64,000 bases of DNA from IMG/VR virus record IMGVR_UViG_3300044957_000763, positions 1 to 64,000 of that record; one strand, 5' to 3'. Of this stretch, positions 1 through 9,702 are shown piece after piece. The notes beneath the pieces were generated by a model that made no database searches, had not been told where the DNA came from, and saw nothing but the letters and a program-made list of their open reading frames with translations. The position numbers were made by a program, and so were the translations under genes. Within the stretch, counting starts at the first letter, position 1. Every line of letters starts with the position of its first letter.

Positions 1-2
1 TT

Positions 3-1205
3 GCTGGAGCAGTGACTATCACTCATACGAGTTTGGGAACAAGCGCTGCTTATGGTACGCATACGTTGGTTCGTGGAGCAGTGACTATAACTCATACGAG
101 TTTGGGTACAAGCGCTGCTTATGGTACGCATGCGTTATTTGCTGGTGGAGCGGTAGTCCCCACTAGCATTAGTAGTGCGGCGTCATATGGGACACACAGC
201 TTACTTAGCACCATAACCCTTGCTCATACATCTGTTGGCAGTGCAGGTTCTTATGGCACACACACATTTGTTCCTGGTGTAGTTAGTATTATTCACACCA
301 GTGCAACAAGTGCGTCGTCATATGGAACACACACATTGGTTCGTGGTACTGTTACCATAACACACAGCAGTGCGGGGTCTAGTGCATCATACGGAACACA
401 CGCACTTGTTGTGGGCGCAGTGACAATTATTACCAATGGTGTAGCCACAAGTTCGTCATACGGGTCGCACACATTTATTCCTGGTGTTGTGGCCATAAAC
501 AGCACTTCAATTTCTAGTATAGCGTCATACGGCACATCAAATATCACAACCTCTTACCAGATTATCGGTGGGGGGCTGTCAAGCGCAAGCTCTTATGGCA
601 CTCACACATTAATACCTGGCGCGGTTATCATTACAGGTGGCGGATTGCCAAGCTCAAGTGCAATAGGTACGGCGTCGCTTCGGTCAATATACTATGTTTC
701 AGCAAGTTCAATTAGTTCTGCTTCTGGCACTGGACTACCGTTGCTTAGTGCTACATATTTGATTAATGCCAATGGTATCGCCAGTTCTCAAAGCATTGGC
801 ACCACTGTCCTGTATGCCATCTATCAAATTACAATTGGCACAGGCATACCTTCGTCCGAGTTTGTTTCAACACCCTATATAACAATAGGTCCGGTGCTTA
901 TCGGTGTTGTATCAATTCCTGGCGGAGATGCATACGGTACACCAAGTCTTTATGCTATCGCGTATATTTTAACCAGTTCAATTGGTTCTGCGTTGTCTCT
1001 TGGTAGTGTTAGATTGCAACTTCCAGCTATACCGGCGCAAGTGACTTCTCTATTCGTTGCCGAACCATGCGTAGCAACTACACGTGTTGCGCCGTGTGAC
1101 AGTTTAACAAAACAAGTTCCTATGCTTAGGTCAGTAATCAAGTTCGCCGCAGTTTCAAGTACTGTCGAAGAAACTAATACCGATGCGGAAATAGCTTTCG
1201 TGTAG
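3..1205 (+). CDS. Ser/Thr/Gly-rich repeat protein, probable virion fibre/decoration protein (5'-truncated; frame open to window edge)
   Basis: The frame is open from position 3 (GCT GGA GCA GTG...). It contains many ~20-23 aa repeats of type (T/S)HTSxxSAASYGTH(T/A)L that decay toward the C-terminus. Confidence 0.6.
   Translation, partial: AGAVTITHTSLGTSAAYGTHTLVRGAVTITHTSLGTSAAYGTHALFAGGAVVPTSISSAASYGTHSLLSTITLAHTSVGSAGSYGTHTFVPGVVSIIHTSATSASSYGTHTLVRGTVTITHSSAGSSASYGTHALVVGAVTIITNGVATSSSYGSHTFIPGVVAINSTSISSIASYGTSNITTSYQIIGGGLSSASSYGTHTLIPGAVIITGGGLPSSSAIGTASLRSIYYVSASSISSASGTGLPLLSATYLINANGIASSQSIGTTVLYAIYQITIGTGIPSSEFVSTPYITIGPVLIGVVSIPGGDAYGTPSLYAIAYILTSSIGSALSLGSVRLQLPAIPAQVTSLFVAEPCVATTRVAPCDSLTKQVPMLRSVIKFAAVSSTVEETNTDAEIAFV
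6..136 (+). repeat. Near-identical 69-nt tandem coding repeat (23-aa unit VTITHTSLGTSAAYGTHTLVRGA)
   Basis: ggagcagtgact...gcttatggtacgca starts at 6 and again at 75 with only a few substitutions; further copies downstream are diverged. Confidence 0.85.
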
Positions 1206-1237
1206 GCATAGCGGCCGTGGATTCTTAAAAACACACT

Positions 1238-1528
1238 GTGCCTGAGTTTGAACCGATTACACGAATAAGAATTCTAGCGAATATTAGAGATTTTGACGGA
1301 GTTCTGTCAGACCCTACAACGCTTGAGTGCACTGTGCATGAACCCGATGGCACAGAAACAACTTATGTATGGGGGACCGATGTGGAATTAGTCAAGGAAG
1401 ACACAGGGCAATTCTATTTAGACTGGGATGCGAACCAGGCTGGCCAACACAAATATCGTTGGCAGTCAGGCGGCGTTATTCTCGCCTCATTTGGCGGTTC
1501 GTTCAACATCAGACAGCCGAGGTTCTAA
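1238..1528 (+). CDS. Small beta-rich (Ig-like/BppU-N-like) virion protein, paralogue 1 (96 aa)
   Basis: ORF track; DPTTLECTVHEPDG...GQFYLDWDA...GQHKYRWQ pattern shared with the next gene. Confidence 0.6.
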   Translation: MPEFEPITRIRILANIRDFDGVLSDPTTLECTVHEPDGTETTYVWGTDVELVKEDTGQFYLDWDANQAGQHKYRWQSGGVILASFGGSFNIRQPRF

Positions 1529-1818
1529 TGACAGAATATTATCCAACAACCAGAATAAGGGTAGAGGCACAAATACGCAACTTAAGCAATGTGTACACAG
1601 ACCCTACACAATTGATATTCACAATCGAAGAACCCGACGGTGTTGAAACGTCGTACATGTGGGGTATTGACCCAGAATTGGTCAAAGTATCAGCCGGTAG
1701 GTTTTATGTCGACTGGGATGCAGACCAAGAAGGACAACATAAATATCGTTGGCAAGCGAACGGTGCTATTCAGGCGGCGTTCGGTGGTTCATTTAACATC
1801 AAAGAGTTCAACTTCTAA
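1528..1818 (+). CDS. Small beta-rich virion protein, paralogue 2 (96 aa; start corrected to ATG 1528, TAATG overlap)
   Basis: MTEYYPTTRIRVEAQIRN...GQHKYRWQANG aligns colinearly with 1238..1528 and has the same length. Confidence 0.7.
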   Translation: MTEYYPTTRIRVEAQIRNLSNVYTDPTQLIFTIEEPDGVETSYMWGIDPELVKVSAGRFYVDWDADQEGQHKYRWQANGAIQAAFGGSFNIKEFNF

Positions 1819-2193
1819 TTCTGGTTCTTCATACTGAATACGAGTAAGTGCCTCGCCCTTTGATGTGAGTGGCATATATCGCACGTTGACCTTGCGAATG
1901 TATTTACCAGAATCATCTGGCGTTATTCCTGCTCGAGATAAAAGGTCTAGAATTGGCTTACATGCATTGTCTGGGTCGCAATTCGGGCCCCAGTCTCGAC
2001 CCTGAACAATGATAATGTCAACGTCTATCGGAAAGTTGCGCGCTGGTCGCATTTGTGATTGAACAATTGGTAGATTAGTTTCAATCCAATTCCTGTATTT
2101 GCTTGTCTTGAATACGCCTTTGGGTGTCATCGCGTACATGCGATTAGCAGATATAGGCGCACCTATGCTACATGCTGTGTCTTGACCAAACAT
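1789..2193 (-). CDS. rusA: RusA-family Holliday junction resolvase
   Basis: PISANRMY, KYRNW, DPDNACKPILDLL..AGITPDDS match the RusA D-x-D-N-x-x-K-x-x-x-D...DD catalytic pattern. Confidence 0.85.
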   Translation of the reverse strand: MFGQDTACSIGAPISANRMYAMTPKGVFKTSKYRNWIETNLPIVQSQMRPARNFPIDVDIIIVQGRDWGPNCDPDNACKPILDLLSRAGITPDDSGKYIRKVNVRYMPLTSKGEALTRIQYEEPELEVELFDVK

Positions 2194-2201
2194 AGTTTGG
2201 T

Positions 2202-2879
2202 TTATACATAGTCTTTAGCATCGTATGGACTGGTTGTTGTGCTTGGTGGTTTTGGCAATGTGTTTGAATTTGAATTAGACTTTGGTGATTCTGTGGCCGC
2301 TGGTGGGTTTTTAGGTTCTGTCTTATTTGGTGTTGTGGCTGGGTTAGGTTTTCCAACTTGTTTTTTGGATACCGGTGGTTCCCACTTGAGTTTCTTGCGC
2401 TTTTTCTCTTCTATGGCGTCAGAAAATGGCTTAGCCTGCGCAAGCCATGATGATTTGCCGCTTTTGATTTCTTCCAGTCGTTTTGCTGACTCACCAGACC
2501 ACTTTGAATCTTTTTGGCCAGGCGCAGTTGGTTTTAGTCCTTTTGTCTCTGGTAGCTTCAGGGAACGTGCTCGAGCGACAACTGCTTTTACAAGCCATGG
2601 TTCGTCATTTTGCTTTAAGACTGGAGTGCCGTCGTTTAGAGTAACTATGCGCTCTTCTTGCATTCGACTTTGCATGTAGTCAATGCCCTTATTACGCGCA
2701 AGTTCGAGTAATTTACCAATGTATTCAGATATGCCGCCACCGTAACCGGCGGTGACAATTCTTTGGACGTGCTCGTCTATGTGACTTGCGGTGACTATTT
2801 TGCCGCTGTCATCTAATTGAGCTGCCGATTCCAACATGTACGCTATAACAAAGTCTAAATCATTCATTTTAGTCATCAA
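2202..2879 (-). CDS. Hypothetical protein (225 aa), Lys/Pro-rich C-terminus
   Basis: ORF track; tightly packed with neighbours; no family recognised. Confidence 0.6.
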   Translation of the reverse strand: MMTKMNDLDFVIAYMLESAAQLDDSGKIVTASHIDEHVQRIVTAGYGGGISEYIGKLLELARNKGIDYMQSRMQEERIVTLNDGTPVLKQNDEPWLVKAVVARARSLKLPETKGLKPTAPGQKDSKWSGESAKRLEEIKSGKSSWLAQAKPFSDAIEEKKRKKLKWEPPVSKKQVGKPNPATTPNKTEPKNPPAATESPKSNSNSNTLPKPPSTTTSPYDAKDYV

Positions 2880-5082
2880 TCCATCCCTGGTAATTGCCTA
2901 TGTCTGGCTTTTTAGGTGTTTCTGGTCGTGGCACCTGCTGTTGTGGTGCAGGCTGTTCTGTTCGTGGTGCAGGCACTACAGGCGGGGTGTATTCAGGTTG
3001 CTGAACCGATGGGGTGTCATACTGCGGTTCGGGCTGTGGTTGCATTGGTTGAGAGTATCCAGATTGAGGAGGGTACTCTAAAGGAATGGCCTCTTTAGCT
3101 GCTCCACCTGGTGCCATTTGAGCTAAAATAGCCAAAACAGCGGCGGAACTAAGACCAAGACCGACTAGAAACCTTTTTAACCTTTGTTGCTTTTGAAGCT
3201 CTCGGTTTAGTGGCCATGGACCTGTGTACTCTTCCGACTCATCTGCAGATTTATCGTTATTCAAGTCTAGTTCAGGCTCGTTATCACCACCAAATTCACC
3301 TGGCTTTGTCGATATTGTGCCAGGGGCGTGCTCCTCTTCTGGTCCAGAAGTCATAGGGTTATTTTCTTCATTCCAACCCATGCCTTCAACAATCAAAGAT
3401 GCGACTTGGTTTGCAGAGTTTTCTGTTAAACCACTCATTACATCCGCATCAGGCTTAGAATTATCAAAAGAGACATCATTATTGTAAGCATAGACAATTG
3501 TGGCAATTGCTTTTTTTGCCAATTCTCCCCCCTTGATTATATCTATTGACAAACTCTTCAAGGCGTTAGTCTCTGACTCGCTCTTTTCGCTTGCTTTTGA
3601 TTGAAAATCTTTGATAATACCGACAATATCGTTGGCCAATCCGACTTCAGGCCCGTCGTTTTTTGATTCATCTGAAGAATTTTCGATTTCAGAACCTAAT
3701 GGTGCTTCGTCTGGTGCATCTACGGTAGATTTGATATCGGTAGGCACTTGTGCGTCAACATCACTCATCCCAATATCTTCTACATTATCGGCTCCAGAAT
3801 TATCTATGCCAACAGGGGACTGAACGGGCTCATCAATTTGTTTGCCTTTTCCTTTAGATTTTGGTGTTTCAACAGGTGTTTCGGGTGTTTGAACAGGTGT
3901 TTCAATAATCTGTTTGCCTTTTCTTTTTTTAGTTGATTGTGCAACGGGTGTTTCAGTTGGAACAGTGTCCAGAGTTTGTGCGTCGCCGGTTTCATTTTGC
4001 TGAATAGGAGTTTCATCAACTTGTATCTCTTCGCCTTGTGTCACTGGTGAATCAGATGGTTGAAAATCTGTAATTGAATACTCTGGATTTGACCGCCTCA
4101 ACAAATTGTCAATTTCATTTTGGTCAAACCATCTTATGCCATTTGTCTCAGGGTCTCCCGCAGATGATTCAAAAAAGTCATCTGGAAGTGCTACATCACT
4201 TGGCATTCCAACCATGCGGGCTTTTTCTTCCACCAAACCCATTGTTGATTGAATATTCGGCAATGGTTCAAGAAACCAGTTTATCAAAGCAGCGGCATTG
4301 GCAGCAATGACTTCTCTGTCTTGAGGTGTCTGGGCTCTCTGAACTTCTGGCTCTAATTGCTTGCTTACTAGCAATTCTGTAATTTGTCTAGCTTCTGGTG
4401 TTTGTAAATTTGAAAGTCCTTCAAATTGAACTTGAACAATTCGCTCTGGAGACCGCTCTTCTTCACCAGATATCATTTTGGCCTTGGCAAGTTCCTTGCG
4501 CATATCATTGCTAAAATCTCGAATAGAAATATCTTCTCTATCACCAAGTGACTGTAACTTCAAAGACTTAACAATATTTGAACCTATTGCATTCAGTTCT
4601 TTTGGTGTATATACGGCATTTGATTTGCCAAAAGACTCTCTAATGCCATTTAACCAGATATTGCGAAATACTGGGGCTAATGTGTTCAACATTGAAATTT
4701 GACCTGGTGTTAATTCACCATCTGTGTTTGAGGCAAACCTTAAACTAAATGGCAATGACCTTTGTGCTATGCGAACCTTGCGTTCTTCGTTAAGCATAAA
4801 TGACCACAGTTCAATATAACGGTCAATTTCCCCAAGTACAAACGTTTTTTCGCCTGCGGTTCTTTCGTTTGTGTTATTTGATAAAATTAGTTGCTTGGCA
4901 AAGCGCAACAATTCAAGATATTCACGGTGTTCTTTAACATTATTAAACAACGGTTGACCGGCATCCATTGCCATGCCGACTCTCATTAAAGATTCTACAT
5001 TGTCGGCTTGTCTAAAAAAACCAATTTGGTCTAGGGTGTTTGCCGTGCGAACATATGGTTCTATGCGTGTGTTGTTTGCCAT
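2869..5082 (-). CDS. Large hypothetical protein (737 aa) with acidic disordered middle, one predicted TM helix and Pro/Gln-rich tail; possible internal head/ejection protein
   Basis: ORF track; hydrophobic FLVGLGLSSAAVLAILAQM segment; ETPV/QTP repeats. Confidence 0.6.
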   Translation of the reverse strand: MANNTRIEPYVRTANTLDQIGFFRQADNVESLMRVGMAMDAGQPLFNNVKEHREYLELLRFAKQLILSNNTNERTAGEKTFVLGEIDRYIELWSFMLNEERKVRIAQRSLPFSLRFASNTDGELTPGQISMLNTLAPVFRNIWLNGIRESFGKSNAVYTPKELNAIGSNIVKSLKLQSLGDREDISIRDFSNDMRKELAKAKMISGEEERSPERIVQVQFEGLSNLQTPEARQITELLVSKQLEPEVQRAQTPQDREVIAANAAALINWFLEPLPNIQSTMGLVEEKARMVGMPSDVALPDDFFESSAGDPETNGIRWFDQNEIDNLLRRSNPEYSITDFQPSDSPVTQGEEIQVDETPIQQNETGDAQTLDTVPTETPVAQSTKKRKGKQIIETPVQTPETPVETPKSKGKGKQIDEPVQSPVGIDNSGADNVEDIGMSDVDAQVPTDIKSTVDAPDEAPLGSEIENSSDESKNDGPEVGLANDIVGIIKDFQSKASEKSESETNALKSLSIDIIKGGELAKKAIATIVYAYNNDVSFDNSKPDADVMSGLTENSANQVASLIVEGMGWNEENNPMTSGPEEEHAPGTISTKPGEFGGDNEPELDLNNDKSADESEEYTGPWPLNRELQKQQRLKRFLVGLGLSSAAVLAILAQMAPGGAAKEAIPLEYPPQSGYSQPMQPQPEPQYDTPSVQQPEYTPPVVPAPRTEQPAPQQQVPRPETPKKPDIGNYQGWIDD

Positions 5083-5194
5083 GATTCACCAATTACAAGT
5101 GTACAGTTCGAAATTTAGGAAAGCCGACAATTTAGACCTTTCTTTTGAAAAACACAAGGCGAAAAATAGCATGTTCCTAAGATATATATAGTCT

Positions 5195-6226
5195 ATGTCA
5201 TCAATATCACTGTGCGGTTTCTACGGCAAAAATAATTACGGAGACGATTTAATGGCCGAATGCTTGAGCCATCGTCTTGGTATCAGTGAAAACAAGGTAA
5301 GAATTTACTCTGACGTATGTAAAGGTGATATTTTGAATGGAATGAAAGACCATTCATTCTTAGACAGCGACCGGATTGTAATTGGCGGCGGCAATATCAT
5401 TGGTCCTAGATTCTGGGCTTTCAAAGATGGAATGATTGACCTTTTGCCAACAGACGGCAGGGTCGTATTTTTGAATGTTGGTGTAACACAAGACTATCTG
5501 GGCAACAATGAATTCAGCACAAAACTTGATAAACTAAATGCAAAATGGTGGGTAAGAGATATGGAATCACAAGACATACTCTACAAACTTGGCATTGAGT
5601 CTAGCTTTTTGCCAGACATATCATTGACGCTCAGGGACAAGTTGCATGCAGAAAAAGAGGCGAAAACCATTGGGGTATTGCTTAATGCGTATCCGATGAA
5701 TGACTTATTCAACAACGACAATGTGTATCTTTATCAACGTGCACATCAATTTGCACGAGTCCTGGCACACCATTTAGACTGGATGATATCGTTTGGATGG
5801 AAAGTGAAATTCTTGCCGTGCCATGTAAGTACCCAAATTGATGATAGATTAATAGCGGCGGTAGTTTTTGGATACATGAAAAACAAAAAATCAGCGATAT
5901 GGCAGGTTTCACACATGCCATGGAAGGATTTGTCAGAGGCTATCAGCAAATGTGAATTAGTATTTTCAATGAGATATCATGCGTCGACTACATCGGTAGC
6001 TTCCAAAACAAAATTCGTAGACCTAATCCACCACGACAAAAACAAGCAGTTTGTCAAACATATGAAGGTTGAAAAGTGTGCTGTAAACATATGGTCTGCC
6101 ACACACGAAAGCCTTATAGACGCAACGGTCGAGGCCGAGGCCATAAATACAGATTCATGGTATCAATGCAATGTTGCACAAAATCTGTGGAACGACTTTG
6201 ATTCATCATGGAAAACTTTCTCATAG
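5195..6226 (+). CDS. Polysaccharide pyruvyl transferase family protein (CsaB/WcaK-like)
   Basis: N-terminal GFYGKNNYGDDLM, IVIGGG, VRDMES, LPDISL and SMRYHA motifs are typical of the family. Confidence 0.85.
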   Translation: MSSISLCGFYGKNNYGDDLMAECLSHRLGISENKVRIYSDVCKGDILNGMKDHSFLDSDRIVIGGGNIIGPRFWAFKDGMIDLLPTDGRVVFLNVGVTQDYLGNNEFSTKLDKLNAKWWVRDMESQDILYKLGIESSFLPDISLTLRDKLHAEKEAKTIGVLLNAYPMNDLFNNDNVYLYQRAHQFARVLAHHLDWMISFGWKVKFLPCHVSTQIDDRLIAAVVFGYMKNKKSAIWQVSHMPWKDLSEAISKCELVFSMRYHASTTSVASKTKFVDLIHHDKNKQFVKHMKVEKCAVNIWSATHESLIDATVEAEAINTDSWYQCNVAQNLWNDFDSSWKTFS

Positions 6227-6235
6227 AGAAAAACA

Positions 6236-7810
6236 ATGCAAGAACATAAATCACCAAAAACAAAATCACTTATCAAAAAGATATTATCGGGCATTATGTG
6301 TGTAATGCTTTCGGTGTTCTTTTTCGTCGTTGGCATCCCTCTACTCATATTGGCGTACATTGGACTGTGTTTCGGATACGCCGGCAGGACACTTGATAAG
6401 ACCGGTTGTGCTATATGCGCTTATGTAGAGTTCTTGTTTAGAAGTATCATTGATTCATTACATAAAATGTGTCACATCGACCCATATGATGGTGAGTATT
6501 GCGGATGCTGGCCTCCGCATTGTGGTTGGCACCCGCATTGTGGTCACGCACCTCACTGTGGATGCCCGTCACATGGATGCTCATGGCTGTCAATTTTAGT
6601 TATGCTTTTGAACATCATATCAATGCCATATTTCTGGTGTACCAAAAAACCACGCAAAGCCCATAAGCCTCGCGTTGGGGATAACGAAAAACTACGAGTG
6701 GCATATATCAGTGTGTGGGGCACGCCTTGTGGAATAGCCACATACAACGAAGAACTTGTGCCGTATCTGAGAGAATACTCTGATGTCAAAGTATTCGCAG
6801 AGTACGCTGATACTGATAAAAACCAAGGACTAGACCGCGACCCAGAATGGGTATTGCGGTGCTGGAGCCGGCACGAGCACCCAAAATCCAAGCTCATGCA
6901 CGAATTGCTCGAGTATCAACCCCATGTTGTACATATTGGCCATGAATATGGATTCTTTGCGAGGGCTTATATGTACACATCTTTGGTGACTTGGTTAAAA
7001 GGTCGCAAAATTCCAGTACTAACTACATTCCATAGTGTTTATGAACACCAGGACAAGGTTGTTACAGAAGCGTCAGCGCCGAACATTATCGTCCATACAG
7101 ATGCCGGAAGGGATTGCTTGGTGAAAAAGGGTCTTCATCCAAACAAAATACACACAATACCACATGGTACCGAGGTTCTTGCCGGCTCACAAGATGCGCC
7201 AGAACTGTTGCCTAGTATGTGGAACACTTGGCACACAAAGCATACTATATTCCATCCAGGATTTATGTTTGGATACAAAGGACACGTCAGGATGCTTCAT
7301 GTTGTGGCCAGGTTGAAAAACAAATATCCTGATGTGCATTACATCATTCAGGGTTCAGAAAACCCACACACAATGAAAGAACACGATGCGCTCTATGCTC
7401 AAATTATTGAAACAGCAGACGCTCTCGGACTTTCATCAAATGTGACAGTGAACCGTGGGTTCGTATCCAAAGAAGTGTTGTTGTCGTTTATCAGAACTAC
7501 TCGAGTGTGTGTATTACCATATCAAAGCCACCCAGACCACGAGGTGCGTGCAACATCTGGTATCGCCAGAGTAGTTGCTGGTACAGAGACACCACTTGTT
7601 GTGAGTTCAGTGCACTTGTTTGATGACCTTGACGATGTCGCCACAAAATGTATTGACGATGATGCAATGTATAATGCGATTGACAACATCTTTAAGGACA
7701 ACGACGTCAAAAACTCTCAGGTATACAACCGAATAAAGTTCTTGAAAGCAACTAATTGGAAGCACATCGCCAAAAAGACTTTTGACGTCTACAAGCAAAT
7801 CATTCGTTGA
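6236..7810 (+). CDS. GT4 (GT-B) glycosyltransferase with N-terminal TM segment(s) and Cys/His-rich linker
   Basis: CGIATYNEEL, VVHIGHEYGF, TTFHSV, IPHG, GFMFGYKG, LPY...TSG and ETPLVVS motifs; hydrophobic N-terminus. Confidence 0.85.
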   Translation: MQEHKSPKTKSLIKKILSGIMCVMLSVFFFVVGIPLLILAYIGLCFGYAGRTLDKTGCAICAYVEFLFRSIIDSLHKMCHIDPYDGEYCGCWPPHCGWHPHCGHAPHCGCPSHGCSWLSILVMLLNIISMPYFWCTKKPRKAHKPRVGDNEKLRVAYISVWGTPCGIATYNEELVPYLREYSDVKVFAEYADTDKNQGLDRDPEWVLRCWSRHEHPKSKLMHELLEYQPHVVHIGHEYGFFARAYMYTSLVTWLKGRKIPVLTTFHSVYEHQDKVVTEASAPNIIVHTDAGRDCLVKKGLHPNKIHTIPHGTEVLAGSQDAPELLPSMWNTWHTKHTIFHPGFMFGYKGHVRMLHVVARLKNKYPDVHYIIQGSENPHTMKEHDALYAQIIETADALGLSSNVTVNRGFVSKEVLLSFIRTTRVCVLPYQSHPDHEVRATSGIARVVAGTETPLVVSSVHLFDDLDDVATKCIDDDAMYNAIDNIFKDNDVKNSQVYNRIKFLKATNWKHIAKKTFDVYKQIIR

Positions 7811-8583
7811 TGTCTAATATTGGCATAGCTATATCAACCAGAAATCGCCAGGCCCATTTGAAGATGTGCCTGGCGCATTTTATAGCGTATTTACCAGCCG
7901 AACACACTGTTGAAATCTTAGTGTGCGATGACAATAGTGATTCTCATTGTGCAAAAGAAAATCAGTTGACATGTGAGTATTGGGGTGTAAATTATCATTA
8001 TCACCAAACAAGAATTGGTGTTGCCGCGAACAAAAACTTTGGATTGTCAATAATGGCAAACAATGATGTCATCTTTCTTTTTGATGATGATAGCTTCCCG
8101 AATGAAACACTCTGGGTTGAGCCTTATGTCCATACAATGAATTACAACAATGTGCATCATATGACATACACTCCATGGTTTCCAGAGCAAAGGTCGGAAC
8201 GGGACAGAATGTACATTAGCGAATGGGGCATGGGGTGCTGTATGTTTTTTAGCAAACAGCTTATAGATAAGATTGGAGGGTTTGACGAAAAGTATCATAT
8301 GTTTGGCTTTGAACATCTCTCTTATGGCAGAAGGGCGTTTTTGTCTGGAATGAACCAGGATTACGGTGCGTATTTAACCCCAATTGATGCAATTGGGAAA
8401 ATCTTCACGCTTGATTACGAGTACAAAAACCTCAAGCAACAACCCTCGATTGGCACTATTGATTTTGAACACGGTCGAACATCTCATGCTGACACACCAA
8501 GTGAAATTGTGAACATGAATCGCAATTTGTTTGATAGTAATAATGATGCCTTATATGTAAAACTCCCACAGTATAAACTGTAA
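7810..8583 (+). CDS. GT2 (GT-A) glycosyltransferase
   Basis: IGIAISTRNR, VCDDNS, GVAANKN, FLFDDD, IGGFDEKY...GFEH. Confidence 0.85.
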   Translation: MSNIGIAISTRNRQAHLKMCLAHFIAYLPAEHTVEILVCDDNSDSHCAKENQLTCEYWGVNYHYHQTRIGVAANKNFGLSIMANNDVIFLFDDDSFPNETLWVEPYVHTMNYNNVHHMTYTPWFPEQRSERDRMYISEWGMGCCMFFSKQLIDKIGGFDEKYHMFGFEHLSYGRRAFLSGMNQDYGAYLTPIDAIGKIFTLDYEYKNLKQQPSIGTIDFEHGRTSHADTPSEIVNMNRNLFDSNNDALYVKLPQYKL

Positions 8584-8584
8584 T

Positions 8585-9436
8585 ATGTATCGTGGCAAGC
8601 GCATAGTTGTGGTTACACCTGCCGGTCGTAAGCGTTATCTCAGTGTGCTTGTGCCATATGTATTGCGAGAAAAGGCAATTATTGACAAATACCGATTCTG
8701 GATTAACACCAACAACACAGATGATATCAAGTATATCGAACAGTTAGTCGAATCAGACCGTGAATTTTTTGAGGCAGAGTATCTTGATGACCCTAAACCT
8801 AACTGGAAAGGTAATCGAAGGGTCAGGCTTATATGCCAATTCTTCAAAAACTGTACAGAACCTGATACAGTGTATGTAAGACTTGATGATGATATCTGCT
8901 GGATGATGAATGGGGCTCTAAGGGCATTAATTGATTATAGAATTGACAATCCAGAATACTTTATGGTGTACCCAGGTATTTTTAACAATGGATACACAGC
9001 CGAGATACACTCCGCGCTGGGGCTCATCAAATTTCCTTCAAGCTCTTTCAGGAAATGGCAACGAGAATCAAAATGGGGGATTTTACATCACGAAAAATTG
9101 CTTGAGTCAATAGAAAACAACGACATTCATCAGTGGTTGTTTGAAAGCAAGGTTATCAAAGACTATGCGCAGGCACCTATAAACTGTATCAGTTGGCTTG
9201 GAGAAGAGTTCGCAAAATTTGGAGGTGTGGTTGCGGATGAAAATTGTGACTACCTAGAAGAAGTTTGGTTGACTAAAATAAAACCAAAGCAAATTAACAA
9301 ACACAATTGTATGTATGGAGGGAGTTTGATGGCACATTTTGCATTCAACACACAGCGTGAGTATTTTGAAACACACACCAATCTGCTCGAGAGTTATGAA
9401 GTGTTGTCACTATACGATGGTGCTATGGAATTCTAA
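8585..9436 (+). CDS. GT-A fold nucleotide-diphospho-sugar transferase
   Basis: VVVTPAGRKRYL; VYVRLDDDICW (DxD); INCISW; AHFAF. Confidence 0.7.
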   Translation: MYRGKRIVVVTPAGRKRYLSVLVPYVLREKAIIDKYRFWINTNNTDDIKYIEQLVESDREFFEAEYLDDPKPNWKGNRRVRLICQFFKNCTEPDTVYVRLDDDICWMMNGALRALIDYRIDNPEYFMVYPGIFNNGYTAEIHSALGLIKFPSSSFRKWQRESKWGILHHEKLLESIENNDIHQWLFESKVIKDYAQAPINCISWLGEEFAKFGGVVADENCDYLEEVWLTKIKPKQINKHNCMYGGSLMAHFAFNTQREYFETHTNLLESYEVLSLYDGAMEF

Positions 9437-9702
9437 TCTATATCCACTGGTGGTGTACCAAGCGGTGTCAAATCTACGCATTTGTCCAGTGTATCAAACT
9501 GTATTCCCTCGAGCTGATGGGCAAGGTTTTCTAACATAAGTGCTTGGGCCACCTTGTCGTTGGCATATTGCTCAATGACCTGAAGTGTGAACAGCATCAA
9601 TGATTCATACTCAATTTTATCAGCTTCTTCAAGTTTTTTAAGCGCAACTGTAAGAGAGTGTGCTTGCATTCTTAGTGCGGCGGCAACTTGCCGTGCTGTC
9701 AT
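9433..9702 (-). CDS. Small protein (89 aa), possible winged-HTH N-terminus
   Basis: MTARQVAAALRMQAHSLTVALKKLEEADKIEY resembles a wHTH helix pair plus wing start; weak evidence. Confidence 0.4.
   Translation of the reverse strand: MTARQVAAALRMQAHSLTVALKKLEEADKIEYESLMLFTLQVIEQYANDKVAQALMLENLAHQLEGIQFDTLDKCVDLTPLGTPPVDID

Noticed and set aside
6-620. Regularly spaced repeats resembling a CRISPR array
   Set aside because: Repeats are in frame, degenerate at third positions and lack unique spacers; this is a coding repeat. No cas genes are present.
1238-1818. Duplicate segments as a DGR template/variable repeat pair
   Set aside because: Differences are not confined to adenines, both copies are intact genes, and no reverse transcriptase is present.
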